A stretch of DNA of 51,590 nucleotides, from positions 1-51,590 of the IMG/VR virus record IMGVR_UViG_3300036859_000764. One strand, 5' to 3'. Both the position numbers and the translations under genes were made by a program. Shown in pieces: positions 8,698 to 18,280 of the stretch. Under the pieces are notes generated by a model. The model searched no databases, was not told where the DNA came from, and was given only the letters and a program-made list of their open reading frames with translations. The stretch's first letter is position 1, and the number at the start of each line of letters is the position of its first letter. This stretch comes from a virus. Taxonomy: Duplodnaviria > Caudoviricetes.

Positions 8698-9279
8698 TCA
8701 GCCCTTGATGGCTCCCCCCCGAGGGGAGAGTCCGCCCGGAAAGAAACGGGGCGTCGGGATCCGCTGCTCGCCGTCCTTCTCCGCGTCCGTCAGTTTCGCC
8801 GCCTTCGCCTCGTCGCCGGGATAGTGGAGCTTGCGCCCGCCGCGGGTCACGAGCACGACGCTCTCGATCGTCTCGCCCTTCTTCTCGCCAGCCCGCGAGG
8901 AGACCTTGTAGTCGAGCACGTTGTCGCGCTTCAGGCCGAACACCACGATGGCCTGCTGCAGGATCTCCGGGAGGTCGCTGAGGTCCTCCTCCTCGGCTTC
9001 GTCCTCCTCGTCCTCGGCGCTCTTGAAGAGCTGCGGCACGCCGAACGATGCGCACGACTCCGAGGTGCACGAGAACCCGATCGCCTCGCCGGGCGCCATC
9101 ACGGTCGCGCCCGCGACCTTCTTCTCTTCCTGCTCCCGGATCGCCACGACCGGGCCCGCACAGGTCGGGCACGCCGCCGGCATCAGCGTCGCCGCCAGTT
9201 CCTTCTTCTCCACGGCGGCGGGTGCGGCTGGTGCGGCCTGCTTCTCCGCGGCCTTTACGGACTTGCCTCGCTTCGCCAT
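8698..9279 (-). CDS. Hypothetical protein with Zn-ribbon (CPTC...CTSESC) and acidic linker
   Basis: GGAGG RBS, 193 aa. Confidence 0.7.
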   Translation of the reverse strand: MAKRGKSVKAAEKQAAPAAPAAVEKKELAATLMPAACPTCAGPVVAIREQEEKKVAGATVMAPGEAIGFSCTSESCASFGVPQLFKSAEDEEDEAEEEDLSDLPEILQQAIVVFGLKRDNVLDYKVSSRAGEKKGETIESVVLVTRGGRKLHYPGDEAKAAKLTDAEKDGEQRIPTPRFFPGGLSPRGGAIKG

Positions 9280-9288
9280 ACGTCCTCC

Positions 9289-10158
9289 CTATGAAGCCAG
9301 TCTGATCGGCGCTGGCAGCCGCACGAACAGCACGGAGGGCACGCTGCGGCACCGACACTGAATCGTCTGCTCCGCTGATCCATTGGGATCGAGCGGGTAC
9401 ATCAGCCGCTCACCGCCCACGATGAAGGCCTGGTCGACCGGGATGGGGTTGTCAGGCCCGTAGCGCCGCCCCGCCTCCGCGTGGTCCGGCCGCGTGCGGT
9501 CGTCGTCCACGGCGAGCCACCACTTCCCGAGTCCACCGCCGAGCCGCTCGTCCGATTGCTCGAGCCGGCTCTGGGTGGCGATCGAGAACGTCCGATTGAC
9601 CTCGGTCCGGATGATCACCTCGGCGCGGTTCATGGGCGTCCCGAAGACCTTCGGGTTCCTGATCATCCGCGCGATCTCGCCCATGGCCGCGAACGGGTCG
9701 GTGATCCCCAGCGCCGTCCGGCGCACGGTGGCCTTGAGGCTGGTCCCGAGCTCCGACCAGACGGACCGGATCTGGTCGTTCGTGACGTCGAGGAGCGCCG
9801 ACAGCAGCTCCGGCGAGACGTCGGCCAGTCCGCCCGCCGATGGCCCGACGGAGAAGATCGCCCCGTCCACCAGGTCGGCGCCGAGCCGGTAGGCGCGTGT
9901 CGTGGACCTCGAGGCGAGCTGCTGCGCGGCGGCGCGGCCGCGTTCGATCTCCCGGTCGATCGCCGCGAGGACTTGGCTCAGGTGGAAGAGTCGGAAGCCG
10001 GAGGCCTCGCCCAGAGCACTGAGCGTCGCGCGGCGCATCTCGGCTAGGAGCCGGAGCTGCTCGCGGATGGCCGCGTCCTCGAGGGCGTGCTGCGCGCGGA
10101 AGACCTTGAGGGCCGCCGACCGCTGCTGCGCCTTCGTGACCCGACGCTGTGGGCTCAT
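9289..10158 (-). CDS. Minor head morphogenesis protein (Mu gpF/SPP1 gp7 family)
   Basis: RAEVIIRTEV, KWWLAVDDDRTRPDH and LMYPLDP...IQCRC motifs. Confidence 0.9.
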   Translation of the reverse strand: MSPQRRVTKAQQRSAALKVFRAQHALEDAAIREQLRLLAEMRRATLSALGEASGFRLFHLSQVLAAIDREIERGRAAAQQLASRSTTRAYRLGADLVDGAIFSVGPSAGGLADVSPELLSALLDVTNDQIRSVWSELGTSLKATVRRTALGITDPFAAMGEIARMIRNPKVFGTPMNRAEVIIRTEVNRTFSIATQSRLEQSDERLGGGLGKWWLAVDDDRTRPDHAEAGRRYGPDNPIPVDQAFIVGGERLMYPLDPNGSAEQTIQCRCRSVPSVLFVRLPAPIRLAS

Positions 10159-10319
10159 GCGTCCTGTCGCGCCGGCCTCGGCTCGTCCCTGAAGTCGGTG
10201 ATCTCGACAGGGCGGATCTCCTGGTCCGGCCGGAGGTCTTTCTCGGCGGCTGCGCGGTCGAGATACACGGTGTCCATACCGTCATCGCCCTTGATCGCGA
10301 AGCACTGAAGGACCTTCAT
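10155..10319 (-). CDS. Small hypothetical protein
   Basis: MKVLQCFAIK...; start and stop overlap both neighbours. Confidence 0.5.
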   Translation of the reverse strand: MKVLQCFAIKGDDGMDTVYLDRAAAEKDLRPDQEIRPVEITDFRDEPRPARQDA

Positions 10320-10549
10320 CAGTACACCCGCCCGCGCACTTCCATCTGCGCAAGAATCCTGAGCCGTGCTCGCTCGACCCGATCCTCCCGACGCTGGTCC
10401 TCGCGACGACACCCGAGGAGGTAGGCGCTCAGCCATACACCGGCCGCCACTTCGCTGGCGAAGCCGCCCACGAAGAAGCCGCTCGAGGCAACCAGACAGA
10501 ACGTGCCGCCCACGTCCTGCGTGATAGTCCAGCCGCTGGACATCTCCAT
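10319..10549 (-). CDS. Small hypothetical protein
   Basis: TGATG coupling to the portal stop. Confidence 0.5.
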   Translation of the reverse strand: MEMSSGWTITQDVGGTFCLVASSGFFVGGFASEVAAGVWLSAYLLGCRREDQRREDRVERARLRILAQMEVRGRVY

Positions 10550-12102
10550 CACGCCGCCGACGCTCCCGCCGGCTGGCGCGTCCCCGCGTCCGGCGTCCCG
10601 TCCACCGTCTGGGGCTTCCCGTTGCCGAGCGCCTTCTTCGTCTTCTCCAGTGCCGTCGCGTTGGCCGCCGCCATGGCCTTCCGCTCGCGGTCGGCCGTCT
10701 CCGCCTGGATCTCCTTCTGCTCGTCGTCGGGATCCACCGACGTCCCGCTGATCTTCTCGATCACCTGGAGGAACACCTTCCGGGCCGTCTTCTGGGAGAT
10801 CATCTCCGCCGCGACCGCCGCCTCGAGCGCCGGTTCCAGCTTCACGGCCGCCTCCGCCGCGCGCCCCATGTCGCGCTCGCGCACGGGCGACAGGTCCGCG
10901 GTGAGCGTCACCGCACCTTCGCTCCGCTTGGGGAGGCCCATGCCCTCCTGCTTCTCGACCAGGTTGTCGTAGGCGTACCAGAGGAGCTGATTGAACATGC
11001 AGCGCGTGAGCGTCTGCCAGGCCTCGAGGGTCTTGTAGGCGACGTCCGTCTGGTCGCCGGCGGTGGATCGGTTGGCGTCGCCTCCGTTGCCGTACCAGGT
11101 CTCGGGCAGCGACTTCCCGCCCCGGATGTGGTTCGCGATCACCCGCTGGAGGTCGCCCGCGTAGTTGGTCCCGAAGCCGGGTGTGGCCGCCGTGAGCTTG
11201 CCCTTCTCGTTGTGTCCGAAGATCCCGCCGGGCTTGGCGAGCTCGGTCCGCAGCTCCTGGACCCGCTTCTTGATCGCGCCGTCGTCTCCGCCCTCGAGCA
11301 GCAGGTCCCAGACGACCTGGTTCTGGAGAAGGGCGCGGTCTACCTGGGAGAACATGAACTGGTCGTGGGAGTCGAGGAAGTCGGCCGGCGCGAGCAATTC
11401 CGACTGCCCGCGCATGGCGTTCAGCATCAGCCCGTTCCGCCAGTAGAAGCACTCGCCCTCGAGGCGTTCGGTCTCGGGGTTGATCCGGATGATCACCTTG
11501 GGCGTCGGCGGGCCCATGTTCTTCGAGATGAGGACGGTCCCTGGCACCATCGAGGACTCGCCCAGAGGGAGGACGTTGGCCACGCGCATCGAGTCGATGT
11601 AGTCGAGGGTCGGGACGCCGGTGGTTTGGTTCTCGTCGGCGATGACGAGGCAGAGCTCGCCCGTCACCATGAACGTCGCCAGGTACTCGCGCCCGCGATA
11701 CCGGATGCTGTGAGCCGGGTGATCCCAGAAGCGATCGAGCTCAGTTTTCGCCTTTGCCGCGAGGTCCTTCGCCTGCTGGGGCGACGTGCCCTCCATCTTC
11801 TCGGGGTCGAACTCGATCGAATAGCCGACCTCGGCACCGACCACCAGATCAACGCGCACGTCGACCAGCCACTTCCCGAGCGGGTTCGTCGTGTGGAGGT
11901 AGTGCGCGACCTGGGCTTGGCTTTCCTGGCTCATCGGGCTGAGGTCGCGCATGAGCTGGCCATTCTTCGTGGTCCCGGTCAGGCGCCGGTAGCCTTGGAG
12001 CTGCGGCTCGGTGCCGGTGCCCCAGTCGCCGAGGGCCGTCCCGCTCAGGGCCTCGAAGATCCGCTTCGCGATCGACTTCCGAACCTCCGCGAGGCGTCCC
12101 AT
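10549..12102 (-). CDS. Portal protein
   Basis: 517 aa between terminase and gpF; NPLGKWLVD, GQSELL and GGDANRSTA motifs. Confidence 0.85.
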   Translation of the reverse strand: MGRLAEVRKSIAKRIFEALSGTALGDWGTGTEPQLQGYRRLTGTTKNGQLMRDLSPMSQESQAQVAHYLHTTNPLGKWLVDVRVDLVVGAEVGYSIEFDPEKMEGTSPQQAKDLAAKAKTELDRFWDHPAHSIRYRGREYLATFMVTGELCLVIADENQTTGVPTLDYIDSMRVANVLPLGESSMVPGTVLISKNMGPPTPKVIIRINPETERLEGECFYWRNGLMLNAMRGQSELLAPADFLDSHDQFMFSQVDRALLQNQVVWDLLLEGGDDGAIKKRVQELRTELAKPGGIFGHNEKGKLTAATPGFGTNYAGDLQRVIANHIRGGKSLPETWYGNGGDANRSTAGDQTDVAYKTLEAWQTLTRCMFNQLLWYAYDNLVEKQEGMGLPKRSEGAVTLTADLSPVRERDMGRAAEAAVKLEPALEAAVAAEMISQKTARKVFLQVIEKISGTSVDPDDEQKEIQAETADRERKAMAAANATALEKTKKALGNGKPQTVDGTPDAGTRQPAGASAA

Positions 12103-12287
12103 CAGATGCCCGCCGGCCGCGGGTCGATGACGACCTGGTGGTTCGGGCAGACCAGCTGCCGCCCGACCTGGGTCCAGCCCCCGGGAACGATGGGGCTCGA
12201 CGTGGCCATCCCGAACGCCACCTCGGCCTGGTCCTCATGCCGCCGATCGCAGATGTCACAGACGAACCGAAGGATCTGAACGATCAC
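12102..12287 (-). CDS. Small Zn-binding protein
   Basis: CDIC...PGGW...VCPNH; coupled to both neighbours. Confidence 0.6.
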   Translation of the reverse strand: MIVQILRFVCDICDRRHEDQAEVAFGMATSSPIVPGGWTQVGRQLVCPNHQVVIDPRPAGI

Positions 12288-13777
12288 GACGCCCTCCCAT
12301 ACCGGGCCCGGAGCGGGCGCCCATAGTTGGCCCGCGTGTGGGCCACCGTCTCCGCCGATTCGGTCGCCGCGTCGATCTCTCCGGTGAGCTTGTTGAAGGC
12401 TCCGGACGCGCCGTCGATCTGATCCATGACCCCGTGCTCGCCGTCGAAGTTCTGGGCCTCGCGGAGGAACGCCTCGAGCGCCGTCACGCCCTGCGGGTCG
12501 GCTCCGAGAGGGTCGAGTAAATCGACGTTGCCGGCTTCAACCTGGGCGGACAGCGGGCCCGCGCGCGCGAGCTTCGTGCCGGTGACCCGCTCGGCGTGAA
12601 CCGTGAAGCCGGCGAGGCTGCGCACCGTGTTCTCGGCGCTCTCCTTCCCGCCGCTGCCAGGCTCCTGCTCCACCCAGATAGCCACATTCCCGCGGGGGCG
12701 GTCCGAGCGGGCCGTCTGCAGGATCACCGTCTCGCGGTTGCCGGCCGACCACTGGCCGCGGACGATGTCGGCTATCACGAACCGCCCGTTCGCGCGCTTC
12801 CCCATCAGGACGCCGGCGGAGAACTTGCCGCCGCCTTCGGTCCCGGCCTTGTCCCAATAGCGCACCCAGGACACGACATCGGACGGGATCGCACGGAGAA
12901 ACGACTTGAACCACGCCCGGTTGAAGACCTTCCCGGCGGTCGCCTTCACGTTCCAGTTTCCCCCGAGGAGCCGCTCGCGCTCGACGAGTGGCAGCGCCAT
13001 CAGCGAGGCGCGATAGCCGGGGTCGGCCAAGTCGAGCGCCGGGTTGTCCGCCAGCGTGGCCGGAATGAACGTCAGCGACTTCGGCATCGAGCCCGGATAC
13101 TGCTTCACCAGCTCGGCGCGGCTGTCACCCCAGAAGAGTTGCTCGCGCAGGCGCACGAACCACCGGATCACGCCGGATCGCTCGGGGATGGCGTAGCCTG
13201 TCCGTGGGTCGATCCACCACTGGATGAGCCGATGGAGCCAGCCCCCGATCGGATCGTCGTCGGGTACCGGGTTGCAAGTCGCGCGGATGTACGGGCGCAC
13301 GCCGGCGCGGGCCGAGCGGTTGCGGCTGAGCATGAACCAGAACTGCGGCTCCTCGAACTCCTCGAGCTGGTCGAAGCCGAGCATCGGGATCTGCGACCCG
13401 GACCAGGAGAAGCGGTCCTTCGCGTGCTGCATGTGGGAGAACTTGACTGTCATCCCACTGGGGAAGATGTATTCGAGCTCGTTCTCGCGCGGGTACGCTC
13501 CGAGGGGCGGATAGACCTCCTGGGCCTCGTCCCAGAGCCCGCCCTCGTTCGTGATCTGCGGATACGTGCGCCGGAAGATGACCGCGCCGAAGCGTGCGTT
13601 TCCGACGTGTCGGATCGGCTCGATCAGGAGGGACCACGTCTTCCCGGCGCCGGCTGCGCCTCCCCCGATCACGATGTCCGCCGTGGACGCGAGGATGGCT
13701 TCCTGCGGCCCGGGCTGCGGGCCCACGATGGTCGGCTCGGTCGCGACCTCGACCGGCTCCTCGAGGGCGGCGATCAC
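12284..13777 (-). CDS. terL: Terminase large subunit
   Basis: PQPGPQ, Walker A GGAAGAGKT, GFDQLEEF, ATCNP; nuclease motifs RYWDKAGT, EQEPGSGGK, DQIDGASGAF. Confidence 0.95.
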   Translation of the reverse strand: MIAALEEPVEVATEPTIVGPQPGPQEAILASTADIVIGGGAAGAGKTWSLLIEPIRHVGNARFGAVIFRRTYPQITNEGGLWDEAQEVYPPLGAYPRENELEYIFPSGMTVKFSHMQHAKDRFSWSGSQIPMLGFDQLEEFEEPQFWFMLSRNRSARAGVRPYIRATCNPVPDDDPIGGWLHRLIQWWIDPRTGYAIPERSGVIRWFVRLREQLFWGDSRAELVKQYPGSMPKSLTFIPATLADNPALDLADPGYRASLMALPLVERERLLGGNWNVKATAGKVFNRAWFKSFLRAIPSDVVSWVRYWDKAGTEGGGKFSAGVLMGKRANGRFVIADIVRGQWSAGNRETVILQTARSDRPRGNVAIWVEQEPGSGGKESAENTVRSLAGFTVHAERVTGTKLARAGPLSAQVEAGNVDLLDPLGADPQGVTALEAFLREAQNFDGEHGVMDQIDGASGAFNKLTGEIDAATESAETVAHTRANYGRPLRARYGRAS

Positions 13778-14232
13778 TCAGTCTTCTCCCGGCCGTTCGA
13801 CGGGATCCGGTAGAGGGTCACCTGGGCCTTCACCGGCCCACCGTCCGGGCCCTCGTGAATGTGCCGGTCCTTCAGCTTCCCGAGGGCCTTGCCTTGGCGG
13901 TGCAGCGCGGCGTCTACGTCGTGGATCATGCGGAGGATCTTGCCCTTCCCGTCGGTCTCGATCCGCGACGGGAGCTCGTAGCGTGCGATGCTGGCGTTCC
14001 GTGCTTCCCACTCCTCGCCGGACATGGCCTCCTCGGCGTATTTCTTCACGAGCTCCCGATACTCCGGATTGCGCCGCCACTCCGCCACGTCGACCCCGCC
14101 CTCGGCTCGGCGCCCAGTCTTGCCGGCGCGTCGGGCGATCTCCTTATTCGACAGGCCGAGGGCGTCGGCCTTGGCCGCACGCCGCCTCATCGCCGGTGTC
14201 ATCTTTTCGTACTTGGTCCGCTTCGTTCGCAA
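13774..14232 (-). CDS. terS: Terminase small subunit (start uncertain)
   Basis: HTH-like GLSNKEIARRAG, C-terminal HEGPDGGPV; overlaps the terL start. Confidence 0.75.
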   Translation of the reverse strand: MRTKRTKYEKMTPAMRRRAAKADALGLSNKEIARRAGKTGRRAEGGVDVAEWRRNPEYRELVKKYAEEAMSGEEWEARNASIARYELPSRIETDGKGKILRMIHDVDAALHRQGKALGKLKDRHIHEGPDGGPVKAQVTLYRIPSNGREKTE

Positions 14233-14235
14233 GGT

Positions 14236-14529
14236 TCAGTTCGCCAATATGTCCACGCCGAGGAGCATGACGAGACCGAGGACGTCCGCGCCGGGCGTCG
14301 ACGTGACGGCACAGCTCACGATGTAGCGCACGCCGTCCGTGCCGCTGCTGATCTGCACCGAGACGACGTTGCCCTCGAGCGTGGGCGAGCCGATCACCAG
14401 TCCGGACGTGAGAGATGTGACGCCGTTGATGGCGCCAACGGAGTCGCCGGGCTTGAGCTTCGTGGTGAAGTCGAAGGAGTAGGTCTGTTTCTCCGCCGGC
14501 TGCTTCACGCGCCGCGCCACTTCGCTCAT
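14236..14529 (-). CDS. Fibre-tail adaptor-like small Ig-type protein
   Basis: KQPAEKQTYSFDF...VQISSGTDGVRYIVSCAVTS matches the K-x-P-x-x-x-x-x-Y-x-F-D-[FW] adaptor pattern; GGAG RBS. Confidence 0.7.
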   Translation of the reverse strand: MSEVARRVKQPAEKQTYSFDFTTKLKPGDSVGAINGVTSLTSGLVIGSPTLEGNVVSVQISSGTDGVRYIVSCAVTSTPGADVLGLVMLLGVDILAN

Positions 14530-15029
14530 AGCTCCCTCTCGATAGCTGGCCAGCCGGAGCCCTGGATGTTGCCCCACCCGGTTCCGAAGATCGCACCCGC
14601 GCGCGTCGCGACAATCGGGTCTGCGGCCGGGGTGACGTTGCCCTCGGAGACGTCGCTCGTAAGCAGGACCACCTCGGAGAGAACCCGGTCGACCGCCTTG
14701 CTCACGACGTCGTCGAGGACCAGCGCCTCCACGAGGACCCGCACTGCAGCGATCACCCGCGAGAGGCTGTCGACCATGGTCACGACCTCGGACAGCGGCT
14801 TGGTCATGACCTTCGAGACCGCGGCGGCCAGGGTCGTCACCTCGAGGAGCGGCGCCTTCGTCATCACCTTCGTCGCGTTGGCCACGAGCGCGACCACATC
14901 AGTGAGGATCCGGGTCATGGTCGCCGTCCGGACGTCGACGAGCGCCACCGTCTCCGTGAGCTCCTGGCTGAACGCCCCGCTCGAGAAGAAGAAGAAATAG
15001 CGCTCGGCCGTGACGTTGGCGTCGTTCAT
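14526..15029 (-). CDS. Fibre scaffold-like protein with six 18-20 aa repeats
   Basis: Repeats ELTETVALVD, ILTDVVALVA, PLLEVTTLAA, PLSEVVTMVD, VLVEALVLDD, VLSEVVLLTS. Confidence 0.65.
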   Translation of the reverse strand: MNDANVTAERYFFFFSSGAFSQELTETVALVDVRTATMTRILTDVVALVANATKVMTKAPLLEVTTLAAAVSKVMTKPLSEVVTMVDSLSRVIAAVRVLVEALVLDDVVSKAVDRVLSEVVLLTSDVSEGNVTPAADPIVATRAGAIFGTGWGNIQGSGWPAIEREL

Positions 15030-15829
15030 CGACAGCCGACCCCCATGAGGCTCTGCACCTGACACGCGACGTCACGGAGTGCGAGCATCGCCGAAGCACA
15101 GTCGGCGGCCGCGTGCGTTGGATCGCTCGCTGCGGAGGTCGCCTCCGTAGCGATGCGCGACTCGCCGCGCGCGCCCATGGACGTCGCCGCCGTGCCTGTG
15201 TTCGCCGTGCTCGTGGTGGTGCTGCCGCCGAAGCCCACATAATCGGCATCAGCGGTGTAGGTCGTGACGTTCGACTCGCAGGCCGTCCCGCGGACGAACA
15301 GGTACGGAGCAGAGAGTCCGGTCGCGTCGGTCATAGAGCCGGGATCCGCACCGTCATTGGCGAGCCCGTTACTCCCAGGAGCCAGGGAGACGCTGCCATT
15401 TACCGTGATCGTGAACTCGTCGCACGTACCGGCCTTGGCGGGGGTTCCCAAGAAGTCGACGGTAACTGTTCCTCCGGACGTGAGCTGGAAACGAGCTCGC
15501 GTGTACCAGATGCTGGCACAGGCACCGTTGCGAACGACGGAGGTCTGCATGTTGCAGAACTCCATGCCCTTCTCCCAAGTGTTCCCAGCGGAGTCCGTCA
15601 CGCTCGTGAGCTGACCGTTGTCCCCGTCCGTCGTACCGGTCCCGGTCTCGTCGTGGGCGATCACGCATACACCGACGTTCCCGGCCTCCAGCGTCGCGGT
15701 CGTGGTGAAGACGATCTGGCTGTCCTGGGTGGTCTCGTTGCCAACGGCGAACGTGCCGACACGGGCCCACGTAGCCCACGCCTGAAGTGGTAGCGAGACC
15801 AGAGCGAGCGCCAGAAGAAGGCGTCTCAC
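15026..15829 (-). CDS. Exported beta-rich fibre/adhesin-like protein, 267 aa
   Basis: GTG start overlaps the previous stop. Signal peptide MRRLLLALALVSLPLQAWA; SVTDSAGNTW motif; 8 Cys; C-terminal SLMGVG. Confidence 0.75.
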   Translation of the reverse strand: MRRLLLALALVSLPLQAWATWARVGTFAVGNETTQDSQIVFTTTATLEAGNVGVCVIAHDETGTGTTDGDNGQLTSVTDSAGNTWEKGMEFCNMQTSVVRNGACASIWYTRARFQLTSGGTVTVDFLGTPAKAGTCDEFTITVNGSVSLAPGSNGLANDGADPGSMTDATGLSAPYLFVRGTACESNVTTYTADADYVGFGGSTTTSTANTGTAATSMGARGESRIATEATSAASDPTHAAADCASAMLALRDVACQVQSLMGVGCR

Positions 15830-17331
15830 GGGGTCTCGATTACGAAGCCGATGTTTCCTGAAAGCTGCGTCGCGGCTGACGTGATGATGCACAGGCTGTC
15901 CTGAACGGTCTCTGTGCGCCCGATCTCGAATCCGGCACCGCCGAGCACGATCCCTCCGCCCGCCGGGAAGTTGAATCCTTCTGCAGCAGTGACCCCGCCA
16001 AAGACGCCAGCCGAGGACGTTCCGCACGTAGCGCCGGTCCCGGCGATGAGGGTCACGTTGTTGGCCCCGGCCGTGAACAGGACCAGCGAACACACGTAAA
16101 CGTGCTGGCTCGCCACTCCCGTTGCGAGCAGCACCGTCGTAGCGGTGACGATGTCGATCGGGACGAATGTGATGTTCTCGTTGTTGCACTTGCTCCCAGC
16201 GTTCCGCACGACGAGGCCGCGGGCGGCAGTCGCTGGCGCAGAGATCGCCGAGTCGATCTTGTTCCCGGCGCTGTCTGTCAGATACGCGGACGAGACGTTC
16301 AGGCTGGCCAGAGGCGTCGACGTCGGCAGGATCTTCACCGTCAGGGTGGCGGCCCCGGTCAGGGCGGGATTCAGCCGGATCCGCACATGCGTGAGACCCG
16401 GCCAGGAGCCCAGGAAGAGCGCGTTGCCCGCGGCGACCGCGTAGTTGTTTCCGACCAACGGCTGAAGTGGCGCGGCGGCGCTATGCACGACGGCGATCAG
16501 GGCGTAGACGTAGGTGCTCCCACCGTCGTCGCTGCCCTCGAAGTTGATCGTACCGGCGGAGAAGGAGCCGCCGGTTACGTTTGCCGTCATCGTGACGTTG
16601 GAGTAGCCGAGCGCTCCGGTCGCCTGGACCAGCGTCGTGTTAGAGCCCGTGGCGCTCGTCCAGGCAGCAGAGGCCGACGTGGTGGGCCTAGCGTCGCCGG
16701 TCAGCAGGTTCCGCGAGCTATCCGTGCGGAGCGTCTGCACGTTTCCGGCGTCGTCCTTGCCGGCGATCATCACCGGCGCGGTGACTGCGGGCTGTCCGTC
16801 GGGGACCGGTCCGGCCACGGGGATCGGGTTGTTCATCACGATCACGCCCGGCGAGGTGCTCGCGGTCGTAGCCGCCATCGAGATGTTCGCTGTCCCGGAA
16901 CCAACGATCACGACACTGAGACGCAGCCGGAAATACGAGAACCCGCCGACCGGGACGTGCATCTCGAGTGGGTCCTGGTTCAGGTTGAAGCCAGTCGACA
17001 CCGTGTTGTAGAAGTCGAGCGAGCCGTGGCACGAAGCGAAGATCAGGTTGTCGTGGGCGCACTCGAAGAGCGTGGTGCCCTGCGTGATGTCCACGCCCGG
17101 GTTCGTGACTCGGAAGATGATCGCTACAGTCGAATATCCGCGTACGTCGAGATACGGGGTCGCCGCCGGCAGCGTCGTGTTCACGCCTGTCGCACTCGTC
17201 CAGGCCGCCGTCATGGAGTCCGTGGTCCGGTGAATCCCTTCTACGACTTGGTCCCCGTACCGGCCGAAGCGCTGGGCGTATGCTGGCCCGGCGACCAGGA
17301 GAGCGAGAGCGACGAGCAGAAACCTCTTCAT
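15826..17331 (-). CDS. Exported multi-domain beta-sandwich fibre/spike-like protein, 501 aa
   Basis: Signal peptide MKRFLLVALALLVAGPAYA; a duplicated AAWTSATGxNTTL domain; 6 Cys. Confidence 0.75.
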   Translation of the reverse strand: MKRFLLVALALLVAGPAYAQRFGRYGDQVVEGIHRTTDSMTAAWTSATGVNTTLPAATPYLDVRGYSTVAIIFRVTNPGVDITQGTTLFECAHDNLIFASCHGSLDFYNTVSTGFNLNQDPLEMHVPVGGFSYFRLRLSVVIVGSGTANISMAATTASTSPGVIVMNNPIPVAGPVPDGQPAVTAPVMIAGKDDAGNVQTLRTDSSRNLLTGDARPTTSASAAWTSATGSNTTLVQATGALGYSNVTMTANVTGGSFSAGTINFEGSDDGGSTYVYALIAVVHSAAAPLQPLVGNNYAVAAGNALFLGSWPGLTHVRIRLNPALTGAATLTVKILPTSTPLASLNVSSAYLTDSAGNKIDSAISAPATAARGLVVRNAGSKCNNENITFVPIDIVTATTVLLATGVASQHVYVCSLVLFTAGANNVTLIAGTGATCGTSSAGVFGGVTAAEGFNFPAGGGIVLGGAGFEIGRTETVQDSLCIITSAATQLSGNIGFVIETP

Positions 17332-17332
17332 C

Positions 17333-17677
17333 TCAGGGGACCTCGAAGTAAGAGCCCATGGCGCGCGGTGCGGTAGTGGTGTGCGCGCCATCGATCGCGA
17401 CCTGGTAGCTCTCGTCGGTCGTACCGAGCACGAACGGGTAGGTGATCGTCAGCCAGCCCTTCTCGCCCGCCGCAAGCACGAGGCCACCGGGGAGCGGAAT
17501 GTCGATCGACCCCGCCGTCTTGTGGAACCGATGCGAGAACGTGTGCAGGGCGGTGTCGAGGTTCTCGACCCAGCACGAGAGCACCTCGCGCTTGTTGCTG
17601 CCGGTCGGCGCGCCGACGACGTTGATGAACGTCGCGCCTGTCAACGTGATCGTGCCGCCATTCGCCAGCGTCGCCAT
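17333..17677 (-). CDS. Small beta-sandwich spike-base-like protein, no signal peptide
   Basis: GGAGG RBS, 114 aa, all-beta pattern. Confidence 0.65.
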   Translation of the reverse strand: MATLANGGTITLTGATFINVVGAPTGSNKREVLSCWVENLDTALHTFSHRFHKTAGSIDIPLPGGLVLAAGEKGWLTITYPFVLGTTDESYQVAIDGAHTTTAPRAMGSYFEVP

Positions 17678-17689
17678 GCCGCCCTCCGA

Positions 17690-18280
17690 TCAGTCGACGT
17701 CCACTTTCCACCTGATGAGCAGCGAGTCCCCGTTGGCCACGTTTATCGCCGAGAACACCTGGCGCGCGCCCAGCGTCCCGGCCGACGACGCATTCAGCAG
17801 GCAGCTCTCGGTCACGGCGAAGGAACCGGTGAAGTTGTAGGTCACCTCGACCTGGGCCGTGTCGTTCGTGACGTCCGTCGTCACCCGCGTCGCTGAACCG
17901 TTGGCTCGCGCTCCGCCGTTCGTGGAGATTTCCGTCTGACAAGTAGTGTCCGCAACGTTCGCGGCGGTCACACCGGTCCCGATCGCGATCCACGTGAAGG
18001 CCGCCTCACCGCCCGATCCGTTGATGCGCGATGCCACGCCCGCGGCGCCGGCGTTCGTGACGAGGTTGTGGATGTGGCGCTCGGTCTTGATCCGGCCCGC
18101 GCGGTCCTTCGCGATCAGGTCGATGTGGCCGTGGAGCTTGACCGGCTCTCTTCCTGCCGACGGCGGCTGGTCCTTGACGACTTTCCCCCGGCCCCCACTG
18201 AGGATGCTCGGGTCATACGTGCAGCCGCCGCTGGCGAGCAGCAGGGCAGCAATGGCGACCAGGATCTTGAGACGCTTCAT
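17690..18280 (-). CDS. Lipoprotein with a tail-collar/fibre-like domain
   Basis: MKRLKILVAIAALLLASGG-C20 lipobox, then HNLVTNAG...IAIGTG...VTE...GTLGARQVFSAINVANGDSLLIRW, a pattern I recognise from phage collar/fibre proteins. Confidence 0.75.
   Translation of the reverse strand: MKRLKILVAIAALLLASGGCTYDPSILSGGRGKVVKDQPPSAGREPVKLHGHIDLIAKDRAGRIKTERHIHNLVTNAGAAGVASRINGSGGEAAFTWIAIGTGVTAANVADTTCQTEISTNGGARANGSATRVTTDVTNDTAQVEVTYNFTGSFAVTESCLLNASSAGTLGARQVFSAINVANGDSLLIRWKVDVD

Noticed and set aside
15830-16189. N-terminal extension of the 387-aa ORF (and similar extensions such as 17332-17391, 34310-34522, 48632-48877)
   Set aside because: They overlap upstream genes out of frame; downstream starts show RBS or stop-start coupling.
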